Source: Octopus vulgaris
Taxonomy: Eukaryota
Direction: 5' to 3'
Assembly (NCBI GenBank): GCA_951406725.2
Contig: OX597816.1
Coordinates: 15,500,001-15,564,000 of the forward strand
DNA length: 64,000 bases
The notes below the pieces were generated by a model. It was not told the origin of the DNA. It did no database searches and was given only the letters and a program-made list of their open reading frames with translations. The translations under genes were made by a program, and so were the position numbers. This document shows positions 13,621 to 25,407 of this stretch, piece after piece (position 1 is the first letter of the stretch; each line of letters begins with the position of its first letter).

Positions 13621-13845
13621 ATTTCCTTATTGTCCACAAGGGGCTAAACATAGAGGGGACAAACAAAGACAGACAAACGGATAAAGTCAATTACATCGAC
13701 CCCAGTGAATAACTGGTACTTAATTTATCGACCCCGAAAGGATGAAAGGCAAAGTCGACCTCGGCGGAATTTGAACTCGGAACGTAACGGCAGACGAAAT
13801 ATGGCTACGCATTTCGCCCGGTGTGCTAACGATTCTGCCAGCTCA
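13621..13845 (-). mobile_element. SINE family B monomer
   Basis: Reverse complement of GAGCTGGCAGAATCGTTAGC...GTTCAAATTCCGCCGAGGTCGACTTTGCCTTTCATCC; homologous to 21405-21638. Confidence 0.85.
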
Positions 13846-14040
13846 TTATATGATTATGGTACTGCCACTGCACACAATCAACTTACGACTAAAACTATTA
13901 CATCACTGTGTTGACCAGACCATCAGATGTTGTTTGACACCACTGGTCACAATGTGCTTCCAATCATGTCTTCATTGTGCCAGTCTTTTCCATCCTGACC
14001 CAAATTACTTAATTAAATCAATATAAATAAATAAATGCAC

Positions 14041-14282
14041 CCTTTATAAAGCTTTTAAGGCTCATGGGCCCGGTACCTCAGTTTTTATGGCATATGTGTT
14101 CCCCAGCTGGACAGGACGCCAGTCCATCGCAGCGTTACTCATTTTTGCCAGCTGAGTGGACTGGAGCAAGGTGGAATGAAGTGTTTTGCTCAAGAACACA
14201 ATGCGTCACCCGGTCCAGGAATCAAAACCACAATCTTATGATTGTGATGCTGACACCCTAACCACTAAGCTACGTGCCTCCG
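14041..14282 (-). mobile_element. tRNA-derived SINE family C
   Basis: Minus strand GGAGGCACGTAGCTTAGTGGTTAGGG head and GCGATGGACTGGCGTCCTGTCCAG block; a homolog lies at 31088-31328. Confidence 0.75.
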
Positions 14283-14320
14283 CTAATTAAATCAATACCA
14301 TTACATATTTAGTATAAATA

Positions 14321-14783
14321 CAATAATCACTCACCATATTGTGGTTCAACTATCGTGCCCTCAGTACATCGCAGATTTTTCTGGTTAATTTATGTAAATT
14401 TATGTTGTGCACTCCTCAGTATATGATGGACTTCTGCAGCCGATAGGATTAATATTTGTTTAAATTTTAATTATCTCTGTGGCAAAATAAGCATTTTCAC
14501 ACCTAAAAATTAACAAATTAATAAATAGAAATACAGTACAGTACTGCACTGTATAACACATTAATTAAATTATATTAAAAGAAAATACATAGTGTACTGT
14601 AGATGTATGGGAAACGAAACTCAGGAGGTGAATGTGTGTTGTTGTTTTGTATTTATGATAAATATTTACAAATTATTAAAATAAAAAAAATATATACAAT
14701 ACAGTACTGTTTCTACTTTGCGGATTTTCACCTATCACTGGAGGTTTTAGAACATAACACCTGCAATAGTCGAGAGATTACTG
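14321..14783. mobile_element. Tc1/pogo(Tigger)-type non-autonomous element
   Basis: Degenerate TIRs CAATAATCACTCA / CGAGAGATTACTG with TA on both sides. Confidence 0.5.
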
Positions 14784-15061
14784 TACTATGTGTCAAAATC
14801 TTTGGTGATTTCTTATGCTGGCCACAAACATGGCTAAAACTGAGTCTTTTCTCCAGAACCAGTATTTCAATATTGAATAGCCACCAAGACACAGATGTAT
14901 TCCACAATAAGAATACTGCTCACATATCTATGGTAGATGCTTGCTATATACATTCTAGACAACACCAAAAACATTACTGCATAAAATTATTGGTAGACTT
15001 TCACTCACTAACACTCAGCATCCTTCCCCTATCTCTTCTACTTCTGCTATAACCCTTCCTC

Positions 15062-15271
15062 TTTTAGAGATCTAGCAAGCCATGTGCTTTCTGCTTTACA
15101 GTGCTAGCAAACCATTTCCTTGCTGCTTTACAGAACTGGTAAAACATGTGTGCTCTGCTTTACAGAGTTAGAAAACCATATGATTTCCTCTTTACAAATC
15201 TAGCAAGCCATGTGCTTTATTTTTCAGAACTAGCAAGTCATGTACTTTCTGCTTTTCAGAACTAGCAAACC
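15062..15271. repeat. 32-bp minisatellite, ~7 units
   Basis: CTAGCAA-like starts at 15072, 15104, 15136, 15168, 15200, 15230 and 15262; consensus CTAGCAAGCCATGTGCTTTCTGCTTTACAGAA. Confidence 0.85.
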
Positions 15272-16139
15272 TTGTTCAGTGGTTAGGAAGGTTGCATACC
15301 ACCCAGAGCAGCCCTTGGGTTTTTTACCCTTCCCCCAGGCTCCCAAGCCTATACTGGCTTACATAACAGACCCAAATGTGCTGTTCCCATAAAAATGTCA
15401 CCCACGGCAGACTACCTCCCTACCCTGCCCAGCTACACATCTGTCCATGTGCTTTCTTCCCTTCAGAATGAGCAGAACCATATACCACTACCACTTGAGC
15501 TTACTTGACAGACTTGCCTGCTCATCTCTTGTCATACTAACTATCTCATAGACACTTAAATCATATACCAAACATTTATTCCTATCTCCCAAATTTTCAG
15601 CCTTCATGCAAGCCTTGAAACTTTATTGACATGGCTAGCCTTGTAAACCCCTGCATAGTCTATGAGCATTGATTTTTCTTCCTTTATTTCTGGACTAAAA
15701 CACGCACACACACACATACACATACACAGAGGATCCGATATGATCAAGAAAGCCAGGCAGTTGTTATATTAGGCTTCTCTGATGTATACCAGTGTGGCCA
15801 AATGAATGATCAAATGATGATAACAACAGTATATTAGAAATATGGGAATTTAAAGTAAAAAAAAAATATTGAAGGCAAAGAAGAATCAATTTTCTAAGTA
15901 AGTATTGGGTTTCATCTAACAACATATCGGAATAATAGTACAAGCATACACTGATAAAAGGTGTCGTATGGAAAGAGATGAAAGGTATATGTAGTGTGAT
16001 CACAGCTCACATGATATCATATGATGATAATTCACATTTCTCTATTAAGCAGATAGACAAATCCAATAAAAAGCTCCACCATCAAAATGTAGGCTGCAGG
16101 TAGCACAATGGCTAACTCTATCTCTCTCTCTTTTTCTCT

Positions 16140-16176
<37 letters not shown>

Positions 16177-16376
16177 TATATATGTAATTTATTTGAAGCA
16201 TTGCATAGAATTAAGCGACTGAGAAAACCACATTATGCAATGCAGCTTGTCAGAATAGCATTCCACTCACCACCATTTAGGTTGCTTGCTCGAAATATTG
16301 AAATAGATAAATGTATAAAGCCTTATTTTTGTTTCTCCTCCTTTACTTCTAACAAACACTTTTTTAAAGATTTCCT

Positions 16377-16440
<64 letters not shown>

Positions 16441-16443
<3 letters not shown>

Positions 16444-16716
16444 AATCTAATATGTGACAATTATTCAGTAGCCATGATAAAATTACGAGTTTCGGATGTC
16501 GGGGTGGAAATCCATGCCGCCATCTCTTCAGTTATTTGGCCATCCAATGGCCGGATAACCGAAGAGATGGTGGTGTGGATTTCCACCCCGAATCCGAAAC
16601 TCAGAGTTTTATCATAGCTACTGAATAATTGTCATATATTAGATTTACAGATAAATTCCTCTATTTACATAATATCGAGGTCTCTTTCATTCTTTTGTTG
16701 TCTTACCATTTCTATC
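16441..16716 (+). mobile_element. Foldback element HH-1: ~208-bp hairpin plus ~70-bp tail, hammerhead-like motif on both strands (Penelope pLTR-like)
   Basis: Arms GTAAATCTAATATGTGACAATTATTCAGTAGC... / ...GCTACTGAATAATTGTCATATATTAGATTTAC; cores CCGAAGA..GAAAC (+, 16559-16600) and CTGAAGA..GAAAC (-, 16531-16489); (TA)n flanks; second copy at 61185-61460. Confidence 0.75.
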
Positions 16717-16856
16717 AATATATATATTGTTTGGCATCCTTTTTGTCTCGGGAGGCAATGGAGTTGTGCATAAAGTAGTCTAGTCCGGCTTTTACATTTC
16801 ATGTCCTGATACATTTCCCGCTGTGGCTGTGTAGTCCTATCCTGGACAAACACTCC

Positions 16857-16939
16857 CTCTGGCAGGTACCGCAAATGTAGCGAAGACTGTTCCTGGCTGG
16901 TTGGAACAGTCTTCGCTACATTTGTGGTACCTGCCAGAG
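16857..16939. repeat. Near-perfect 37-bp-arm hairpin at the end of a TA-flanked ~215-bp insert (16728-16941)
   Basis: CTCTGGCAGGTACCGCAAATGTAGCGAAGACTGTTCC, a 9-nt loop, then its reverse complement with one G-T pair. Confidence 0.9.
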
Positions 16940-17553
16940 TACATATATATATGTATATATAGATAATAAAACAGATAGAGATCAGTTGCAGGATTCCTTA
17001 GAATTTAAGTATATCAACATATAGGGCACCAGGATTGGCTGGGTACTGTATTGAGCTTATAGTACGTGGAAGAAACTAATAGTTGTTTTTTGTTGTTTTA
17101 GTCCACTCAGCTGTCAATGGATAATCCTGCAATGGACTGCCATTCCATTCAGTGGGGATGGTTGGCCAGACATGTGTTTCAGAGAAGACTGGAAACAAAC
17201 AGCACCACTTTTGTGAAGGTGATGCTCATTTACAACCATCACATGATGTCAAACATAGGTGCACACACAAACACACACACACACATGTCATGTATATACA
17301 TATGTGTATATATTCTTTTATTCTTTTACCTGTTGCAGTCATTTCACTGTGGCCATGCTGGAGCACCGCCTTTAGTTGAGCAAATCGACCCCAGGGTTTA
17401 TTCTTTGTAAGCCTAGTACGTATTCTATCAGTCTATTTTATTGAACCACTAAGTTACTGGGATGTAAATGCACCAGCATCGGTTGTCAAGTGATGTTGGG
17501 GTGGTGGGACAAACACACACACAAACATATATACACACATACATATATATAAA

Positions 17554-18726
17554 CAGGGGTTGGACAAAATAATGGAAACACATTAAAATTTCAAACAAAT
17601 TTATTTTAATATGGGGTAGGATCACCTTTGGCAGTAATTACAGCTTGAATTCTGTGAGGTATGGACTTGTACAAAGTTTGAATTGTTTCCAAAGAAATTT
17701 TTGTCCATTCTTCAGCTAAAACAGTCTCCAGTTCTTGTAGTGATTATGGTGGAGGATATTGACTCCTTACTTGTTTTTCTAAAATGCACCATAAATGTTC
17801 AATAATATTGATATCTGGGGATTGTGGTGGCCAGATAAGATGTTCAATTTCACTAGAATGTTCCTTGTGCTATTGAGTAACAACTTTAACTGTGTGAATT
17901 GGTGCATTATCATCCTAAAAGACTGTGTTTCCCTCTGGAAATAGGTCCGCACCCATAGGATGAATTTGATTAGATAAAATGCTTAGTTTTGACTATTAAT
18001 TCTGCCATGAAGGCAGTCTGGGTCAAATGCTTCTTTTGGTAGTCCCTATATGTATACGCGGCCAGTGGTCGGAAATCAGGTACAGGATGACTTGTTCAAG
18101 AAAATAACATTCTTCCACTGTTCTAGGTTCAGTAGGTTTTTATTCCACTCTAAATTCTTTGCAAAGTTTGCTTTTTGAAAGTAGTGGTTTTCTGATTGCA
18201 GCCCTCCCGTGAAATCCGGCTCTGTGCAGTTCCTGGCAAACAATTTTTCTGAAAACTGGGTTCTTGAGGTGGTCATTAAGCTCTGCAGTAATTTTGGGAG
18301 CTGTACTTTTGTGATCCTTTCTAACAATTGGCATAAGAGTCCAATGGTCCCTATCTGAAAGATTCGGTTTTCTTCAGGAGTTTTGTTTTGACTAGGAGGT
18401 TTTTTCATCTTTCTCAAAGGTTGTCATTACTTTCGAGACAATGCTCCTTGGTAAGCCAAACATTTCGGCTGATTTCGCTACACTAGCACCTGCCATATGA
18501 GCACCAACAATTTGACCTCTTTGAAAGTACGATAGATCTGTCATTTTAATGAATTTTTAATTACCTTTTTCTGATGATATCTGAAAAGGAACAGCAATTT
18601 TAGCAAAACATATTAAGCAACACTAATAATAAATCAAGAGCCATAAAAATAAACAAGCTGTTGATGGTTTTATAGATATTTGAAAATTATGATGCTATGT
18701 GTTTCCATCATTTTGTGCAACCCCTA
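17554..18726 (-). mobile_element. Tc1/mariner DNA transposon (DD36E spacing), decayed
   Basis: ~28-bp TIRs CAGGGGTTGGACAAAATAATGGAAACAC / GTGTTTCCATCATTTTGTGCAACCCCT; inserted in a TA-rich tract. Confidence 0.92.
17606..18544 (-). pseudogene. Tc1-family transposase pseudogene (stops, frameshifts, internal deletion)
   Basis: Manual translation gives MTDLSYFQRGQIVGAHMAGAS, HRAGFHGRAAIRKPLL, WKNVIF, F*DDNAPIHT, WPPQSPDINIIEHLW and RIQAVITAKGDPTPY*. Confidence 0.9.
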
Positions 18727-20477
18727 TATATATATATATATGGGCTTCTTTCAGTTTCTGTGTAACAAATCTACTCACAAGTCTTTGGTTGGCCCAAGGC
18801 TATAATAAAAGACACATGCCCAAGGTGTCACACAGTGGGACTGAACCTGGAACCATGTGGTTAGTAAACAAGTTACTTACCACACAGCCACTCCTGTGCC
18901 TATATATATATATATACACACGCGCACACACACAATTGGTGTCTTACAGTTCCTATCTGCTAAATCCACAAATAAGGTTTGATCAACATGAGGCTATTGT
19001 AGAAAACATTTGCCCAAGGTGCCACACAGTGGAACTGAACTTGAAACCGCATGGTTGGGAAGCAAACTTCTCAACCACACAGCCATGCTTACACCTATTT
19101 TTGTGTGTGTCTGTGTGGGTGGTTGTATGGACATATTAAAATCAAATTACAGGCTAAAATGTGATTTTTGATTAATACATTTGGTGAACATTTTTCTTTC
19201 TATTTTGTTAATCCTATTAGAATTTGATAATGTAAAGAAAAAAATATAATTTTAATTTTTAATTAGAGTTTTATAATAGAATTATTTATGATAATATTTT
19301 AATTAAATATATCAAAGATATAATTTTAATGTTTAATTGAACCTTTTCGATAAAAATATTCACGCTTATATTTTAAGCGATGATAAATCAAAGGTATTAT
19401 AATTTTAATATTTAATTAAACAGTTTTAATCAAAATATTAATGTTAGGCATTTAAAAAGAAACATATTTTCCCCCACCACAAGTCTTGACTAATCCCTCC
19501 TGTTGTGTGCATGTGTTTGTATCATGTTTGTGTATTTATTAAATTGTCTGTCTGCTTCCCGCCTACACATACATATTGAAAACACATTAGAGTGTTATCA
19601 CTCTGATTCATAATATCCTCAACTTACATCCTCTATTTTCTGTGCCAGACAATTTACAAATGTATACATTTATTTAATGAATCTTCCATCACTATTTTGG
19701 CGAGTATGACAAAGTCTATGCTCCACTGATGAGATCGTAATAAGACTGAAATATGTCCAAAATTGCCTACCATACTTTCCAAAATGATTAAAATAACATT
19801 AGTTATTGACTAATATTGATTTTTCTTTCCCTTGATGCATGATTATTTCTCATTAGCATATTTAATGTAGGGAGCATTAAAAGCTCTCACCATTTTAACT
19901 ATTGATCTGAATAGCGTCCAAATGAAATAGCTGAATAGCTATGAATTGGATTACTAGTTCAAAGATCTTGAATTGAAAACCACTGCTGGTGCACTTGTAT
20001 TCTTGGGGCAATATACTTAGTTGTGGTTAGCTCTGCTCACTGAGTTTCTGGGAACAGATGGTACCAGGCCCCCTTGAAGTGTTAGCTAAACAAACTTACA
20101 TTCCCACTACTGAACAGCTCATCTCTGATCCTTCTAACTTTTTGTCTCCAATCAGCCTTGAGATACCAATTGCCTCTGGTTCTTTGATACAAATTTTCCT
20201 TGTTTTAAAGTGGTTTAAATTAAAGCCTGTCATCAAAAAATATGTTAATTTATGGCTCAAACACCGCTTTAATAATGGCAAAATTATTTTACTAAAATCT
20301 TCAGTATTTTAAAAATTAACTGGAACAAAAGTGGTGTGCATTTCAATTGAAACATGGTAACAAAAGAATTAAAATGACAGGACTAGAACTAAGTGCGACC
20401 TTTTGAAATTCCCCTTAGGGTTAGAAAACTTTGGTGGGGGTGGGTTTCAACCTCGGACACATACACAAACACACACC

Positions 20478-20675
20478 TCTGGCCCCTGTACCGATTGCAC
20501 ATAAAAGGCACCCACTATACTCTCTGAGTGGTTGGCATAAGGAAGGGTATCCAGCTGTAGAAACACTGCCAGATCAGATTGGGGCCTGGTGCAGCTTCCT
20601 AGCTTCCCAGACACCAGTCGAACCGTCCAACCTATGCCAGCATGGAAAACGGACATTAGATGATGATGATGATGA
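20478..20675 (+). mobile_element. RTE LINE 3'-UTR fragment, followed by a SINE A 5' part on the minus strand (~20680-20837)
   Basis: CACCCACTA...GGAAAACGGACATTAGATGATGATGAT. Confidence 0.75.
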
Positions 20676-21404
20676 CAACAGGCTTCTTACAGTTTTTGTC
20701 TGCAAAATCTACTCACAAGGCTTGATTGGCACTAGGCTATAGTAGGTGACACTTGCCCAAAGTGCCATGCTGTGGAACTGAATCCAGAACCATGTGGTTG
20801 GGAAGCAAGTTTCTTACCACACAACCATTACACCTATACATTTCCTTACCATACAGTAAATTTCTCTGGAGGCTAGAGAACATCCACTGCAAAGGACATT
20901 TTTATTCAGTTTCAGTTATTTTTGAGGTTGTGTGTTTATGCAGATATACATGTAGACGCCCACACAGACACTTAAAATTCCTCATCGAAATTCTTTTAAA
21001 GTCAAGTCTATCGTTTGATGATGCAATGTTCTTCGAAGTGTAAGCATCATTTCATTTGATAAAATTCAAAAGTTCACTGTAAGGAGTTTAGATTCTGTGG
21101 GAATGAGTAAGCCAGTGAGTATATCTGTATTTCTGAAGTTATTACGTGTATTAAAAAGAATGTTTATAAATAATTATTTTAGTGATAGTTTCTTGACATT
21201 TAAATAGTTAAGGAGTTAACATTGAAACAGGAGCATCTTGCTCAGTAAATACTTACACCTGAAATTCATACAAAAATGTTTTCATAAACTTATTTTATTG
21301 CTCATGAATAGAGATAAAACACAAGTCAGTTTTAAAATATTGAAGTAAGTTTTATATCTTGCCACAGGTTGGTATAGATAAATTATTTATTTATAGATAA
21401 ATTT

Positions 21405-21638
21405 AAGGTGATGAGCTGACAAAAACATTAGCACACCAGGCGAAATGCGTAGCCGTATTTCGTCTGCCGTTATGTTCTGAGTTCAAATTCCACCGAGGTC
21501 GACTTTGCCTTTCATCCTTTTGGGGTTGATTAAATAAGTACCAGTTACAGACTGGGGTCGATCTAATCGACTTAATCCATTTGTCTGTCCTTGTTTGTCC
21601 TCTCTGTGTTTAGCCTCTTGTGGTCAGAAAAAGAAATA
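21405..21638 (+). mobile_element. SINE family B monomer with 16-bp TSD
   Basis: TSD GGTATAGATAAATTAT at 21371-21386 and 21639-21654; B-box-like GAGTTCAAATTCC. Confidence 0.88.
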
Positions 21639-22516
21639 GGTATAGATAAATTATGCAGCGGAGGTTTAATCAATGTGTTCACATGATGTACTTCATGAGA
21701 CTACCCAAACGCTCTCTCCCAACTACTACCGACCTTTATTCTTTATAAGAGTTTGGTTAGTCCTTTCTCCAATCCTTCAGGAGTGTCAGTGATTCTTGCC
21801 ACAACAGTAAGGTAAAATTTTCTCTTTAGCCTTTAAACTATAAATATTAGTTTCAAATTTTGACACGAGGCCAGCAACTTTAGGAGGGAGTAAGTAGTTT
21901 ATATTGACCCCATTGCTTAACTGGTTCTTATTTTATTGACCCCCCCCCCCAAAAGGATAAAAGATAAAGTTGGTCTCGGTGGAATTTGAACTTGGAATGT
22001 AAAGATGGATGAAGTGCCACAAAGTATTTTGTCTGGAATGCTAATGATTTGGCCAGCTCACCATCTTCATTTAAACTATAATATTTTCATATTCTGTATA
22101 GTTTTATCTTTAGGTGCATACATAGCTATATGGTTGAGAAGCTTAGCATAGTTCTGTTTCTGATATTACAGTGCTGCATCATGGGCAACTGAGTTCTACA
22201 GCACTGAGTCAACCGATACTATGTTAGTGGAATTTGGTAAGCACAAATGTGTAGAAGCCTGTCAAATTTGTTGATGTCATAGGGAAATGCAAGACTAGTA
22301 CAAAGTTTTTTTTTATATGGAGAGGAGAGAAGAGCTGTAACATGACAGACCCATTCTCTTACTCTCTTGTTTTTACGCAATACACCCAGGGACAAGAGAA
22401 AATCAAGACAATGGAATTTGTATGAAAATGTACATGATAATCAAAAATGACTAAAAAGATCTTTAAATCTTCGAGTCCGATCTAACAAATATACATATAC
22501 ATATATATATATTTAT

Positions 22517-22653
22517 GTCGCCATGATAGATCGGTAGCCTCTACACACATTTTTTTTCTTTCCTTGTTTCTCTCCTTGTTTTTTTTTTCTGTGTCCCTTT
22601 CTGTAGAAGAGCATAGTCTCGAAACATAAAAGCCTTTTTCTACTCCTGAGCGT
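22517..22653 (+). mobile_element. HH-2 family copy (hammerhead-like motif 22597-22633)
   Basis: cttt-CTGTAGA-A-GAGC-atag-TCTC-GAAAC-ATA-aaag; (TA)n flanks. Confidence 0.6.
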
Positions 22654-23832
22654 TATATATGTATGTATCTATGTGCCTGTGTCTTTTTGTTTGTTTTTGA
22701 ACCCTAACATTGCTTAACAACTAGTGTTGACCTTTGTCATGTCCATGTAACTTAACAGTTTGACAAAAAAGACATCAATAGAAAAACAGGCTTAAAAAAA
22801 ATAAATACTGGAATTGATCAGATTGAGTGAACCCTTGAAGGTGATGCCCCAGCATGGCTACAGTCCAAGGACTGAAACTAATAAAAGATAAAAAAATAAA
22901 GATATATCTATGTTTGTGTGTGCATGTATGTCCATGCATGAAGGGTGTCGAAATTATGATGATATTTGATTGACAACTGATGAGAGAGTTACACTGAGTG
23001 TGTCTGCATCTGTTGGGTGATTTTCACATTTTTTCTTCTGTTTACACTTAAATTCCTTTATTGTCACTCTGTGCCACCTATTCATACATATAACACACAT
23101 ACACACGTCTAACAAGCTTGTAATGATTGCCAATACTCAGAGAGCCTTGGTTACTCCAAAGCAATGGTAAATTCACTTGCTCAAGATTCATGCTTAGAAA
23201 TGAACCTAGAACCACAGAACCGCATTGGTGTGAAGCAAACTTCTTAACAACATAACCTTGACTGTTTCATCATCATCTTCAAAGAAGTTTTGTGATCATA
23301 TTGATATTATCGAAAGGAATATGATTCATAATTTAAATTAGGAAATTTGTGAACTTTGAATGTATGAGAGTATAAAGAAGTGAAAAATAGTGTAAACGAC
23401 TAAAATAAAAGTATATCTAAATAACATTTTTTTCTTAATACTTTTTATGAAGTGGTCAAAGGAAGCTTTGGCTTTCATTAGGAGTGATCCACGTAACCAT
23501 TCATGATACAGAGGCTGGGAGCCTATTTCAGTTTGGGAGTGAATCTTCATCACATGTCACTGAGTCACAAACATCTGTCATATAGCTGCAACAGAATGCT
23601 GTACCACCAACAATAATGTGATTTCTCTAAGACATCACCCAGTAATCTATCAAAGTCCATTTACACATTTCTCAATAAATACTGCTGTTATGACTTCCAT
23701 TCCTCATTTTATACCTCCATCGTAGATGAGTAGATTTGCTAGTATTTATAATTTTAGATGTAGGGAAAGAGAATGAGAAGAATTTAAGAAAAGTAATAAA
23801 TTATTTATATATGTATAAATTACTTATATTTC

Positions 23833-23884
<52 letters not shown>

Positions 23885-24692
23885 CATATACAGGGAGTGA
23901 GAGAGAGAGAGAGACGGGCAAAGTAAATAGAAAGAAACTCAATATACTAAAGCATAACTACATGCTTCTTTGAAATATTTATATACGAGTGTGTTTGTGT
24001 GTGCATATGTATGTGTGTATGTGTATGTGTATACATGCGCATGTGTGAGTTCCATTGATGTATGCATTTGGATCAACACAGAGTTGACTTGCAACAAAAA
24101 TATAGTTTCTAAGGCTATGTGTTGTGTCACAAGTAATCTAAGTCAAACATAGATTACGAAGAACATATCTACATAATCAAAGGAAATCTTCAGAGACTCT
24201 AAAGCAAGCAAGACTGGATTGGTATGTTACGTTAGAAGTAAAAGAAGTATATCTATTTAAAATACAGGCATAAAACTGATAACAAGGTATAAAGAAAGAA
24301 AATGCTTTTAAGATTATACATGAAGAAAAACATATATAAGCATTACACACAGACACACACACTCTCTCTAACATGTATCCTTATCTCTTACTTTTTTACT
24401 TGTTTCGGTCATTGGACTGTGGCCATGCTGTGACACCCACCTGAAGCCTTCTCAGTCAAACAAATCTGCTTCACTACTTATCATGTCTGGTGCTTATTCG
24501 ATCAGCTTCTGAACTGTTAAGTTACAAGGATGTAGACAAACAGACACCAGTTTCCAAGTAGTGGGTACACACACAAACATACACAAAGACACTCTCTCTA
24601 TATATATATATGTATAGGGAGAGTTTACGAAAAAACAAAAGACGAAGACAGGTGGTGTACAAAATAAACAGATGTATTAGTATAATGCTAGT

Positions 24693-24741
<49 letters not shown>

Positions 24742-24936
24742 ACATACATACATACACACATGTCTATAATGAACTGTTAGTGCCAAGCAGTGTTTAGGCA
24801 TAAGCAAAATTTAGGTTAGTTAAAATATGTTTATGACATGTTTCAGATGCTAGAAGACAAATACACTCCAGTTACTGTGGGGAAAAAATCTCTCTTATGG
24901 TAAAAGGTGTGAAAACACCAAGTTTATTCAGTGACA

Positions 24937-24977
<41 letters not shown>

Positions 24978-24979
<2 letters not shown>

Positions 24980-25407
24980 GGTGCAGGAGTGGCTGTGTGG
25001 TAAGTAGCTTGCTTACGAACCACATGGTTCCAAGTTCATTCCCACTGTGTGGCACCTTGGGTAAGTGTCTTCTACTATAGCCTCAGGCCGACCAAAGCCT
25101 TGTGAGTGGATTTGGTAGACAGAAACTGAAAGAAGTCTGTTATATATATATGTATATGTATATATATGAAGCCTGTCATATATATATGTGTGTGTGTGTG
25201 TATTTGTTTGTGTGTCTCTGTTTGTCCCCCCCAACATCGCTTGACAACCCATGGTGGTGTGTTTACATCCCCATCACTTAGCGGTTCAGCAAAAGAGACC
25301 GATAGAATAAGTACTAGGCTTACAAAGAATAAGTCCTGGGGTCGATTTGCTCGACTAAAGGTGGTGCTCCAGCATGGCCACAGTCAAATGAATGAAACAA
25401 GTAAAGG
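24978..25407 (+). mobile_element. SINE family A full-length copy
   Basis: TAGGTGCAGGAGTGGCTGTGTGG head, internal TA/TG tract, ...CCAGCATGGCCACAGTCAAATGAATGAAACAAGTAAAG tail. Confidence 0.88.

Larger units (their letters stand above)
17316..18902 (-). mobile_element. SINE family A copy split by the Tc1 element (halves 17316-17550 and 18741-18902)
   Basis: The 3' half ends at the internal microsatellite; the 5' half (GGGCTTCTTTCAGTTTC...CTCCTGTGCCTA) resumes after the right TIR. Confidence 0.85.

Noticed and set aside
19721-19760. CTGATGA-GATC..GACT-GAAATATGTC hammerhead-like string
   Set aside because: Stem I has no partner and stem II is imperfect; could be a relic but is not supportable alone.
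24978-25050. tRNA gene-like A/B boxes
   Set aside because: These are SINE heads; no complete cloverleaf, and they continue into SINE body sequence.
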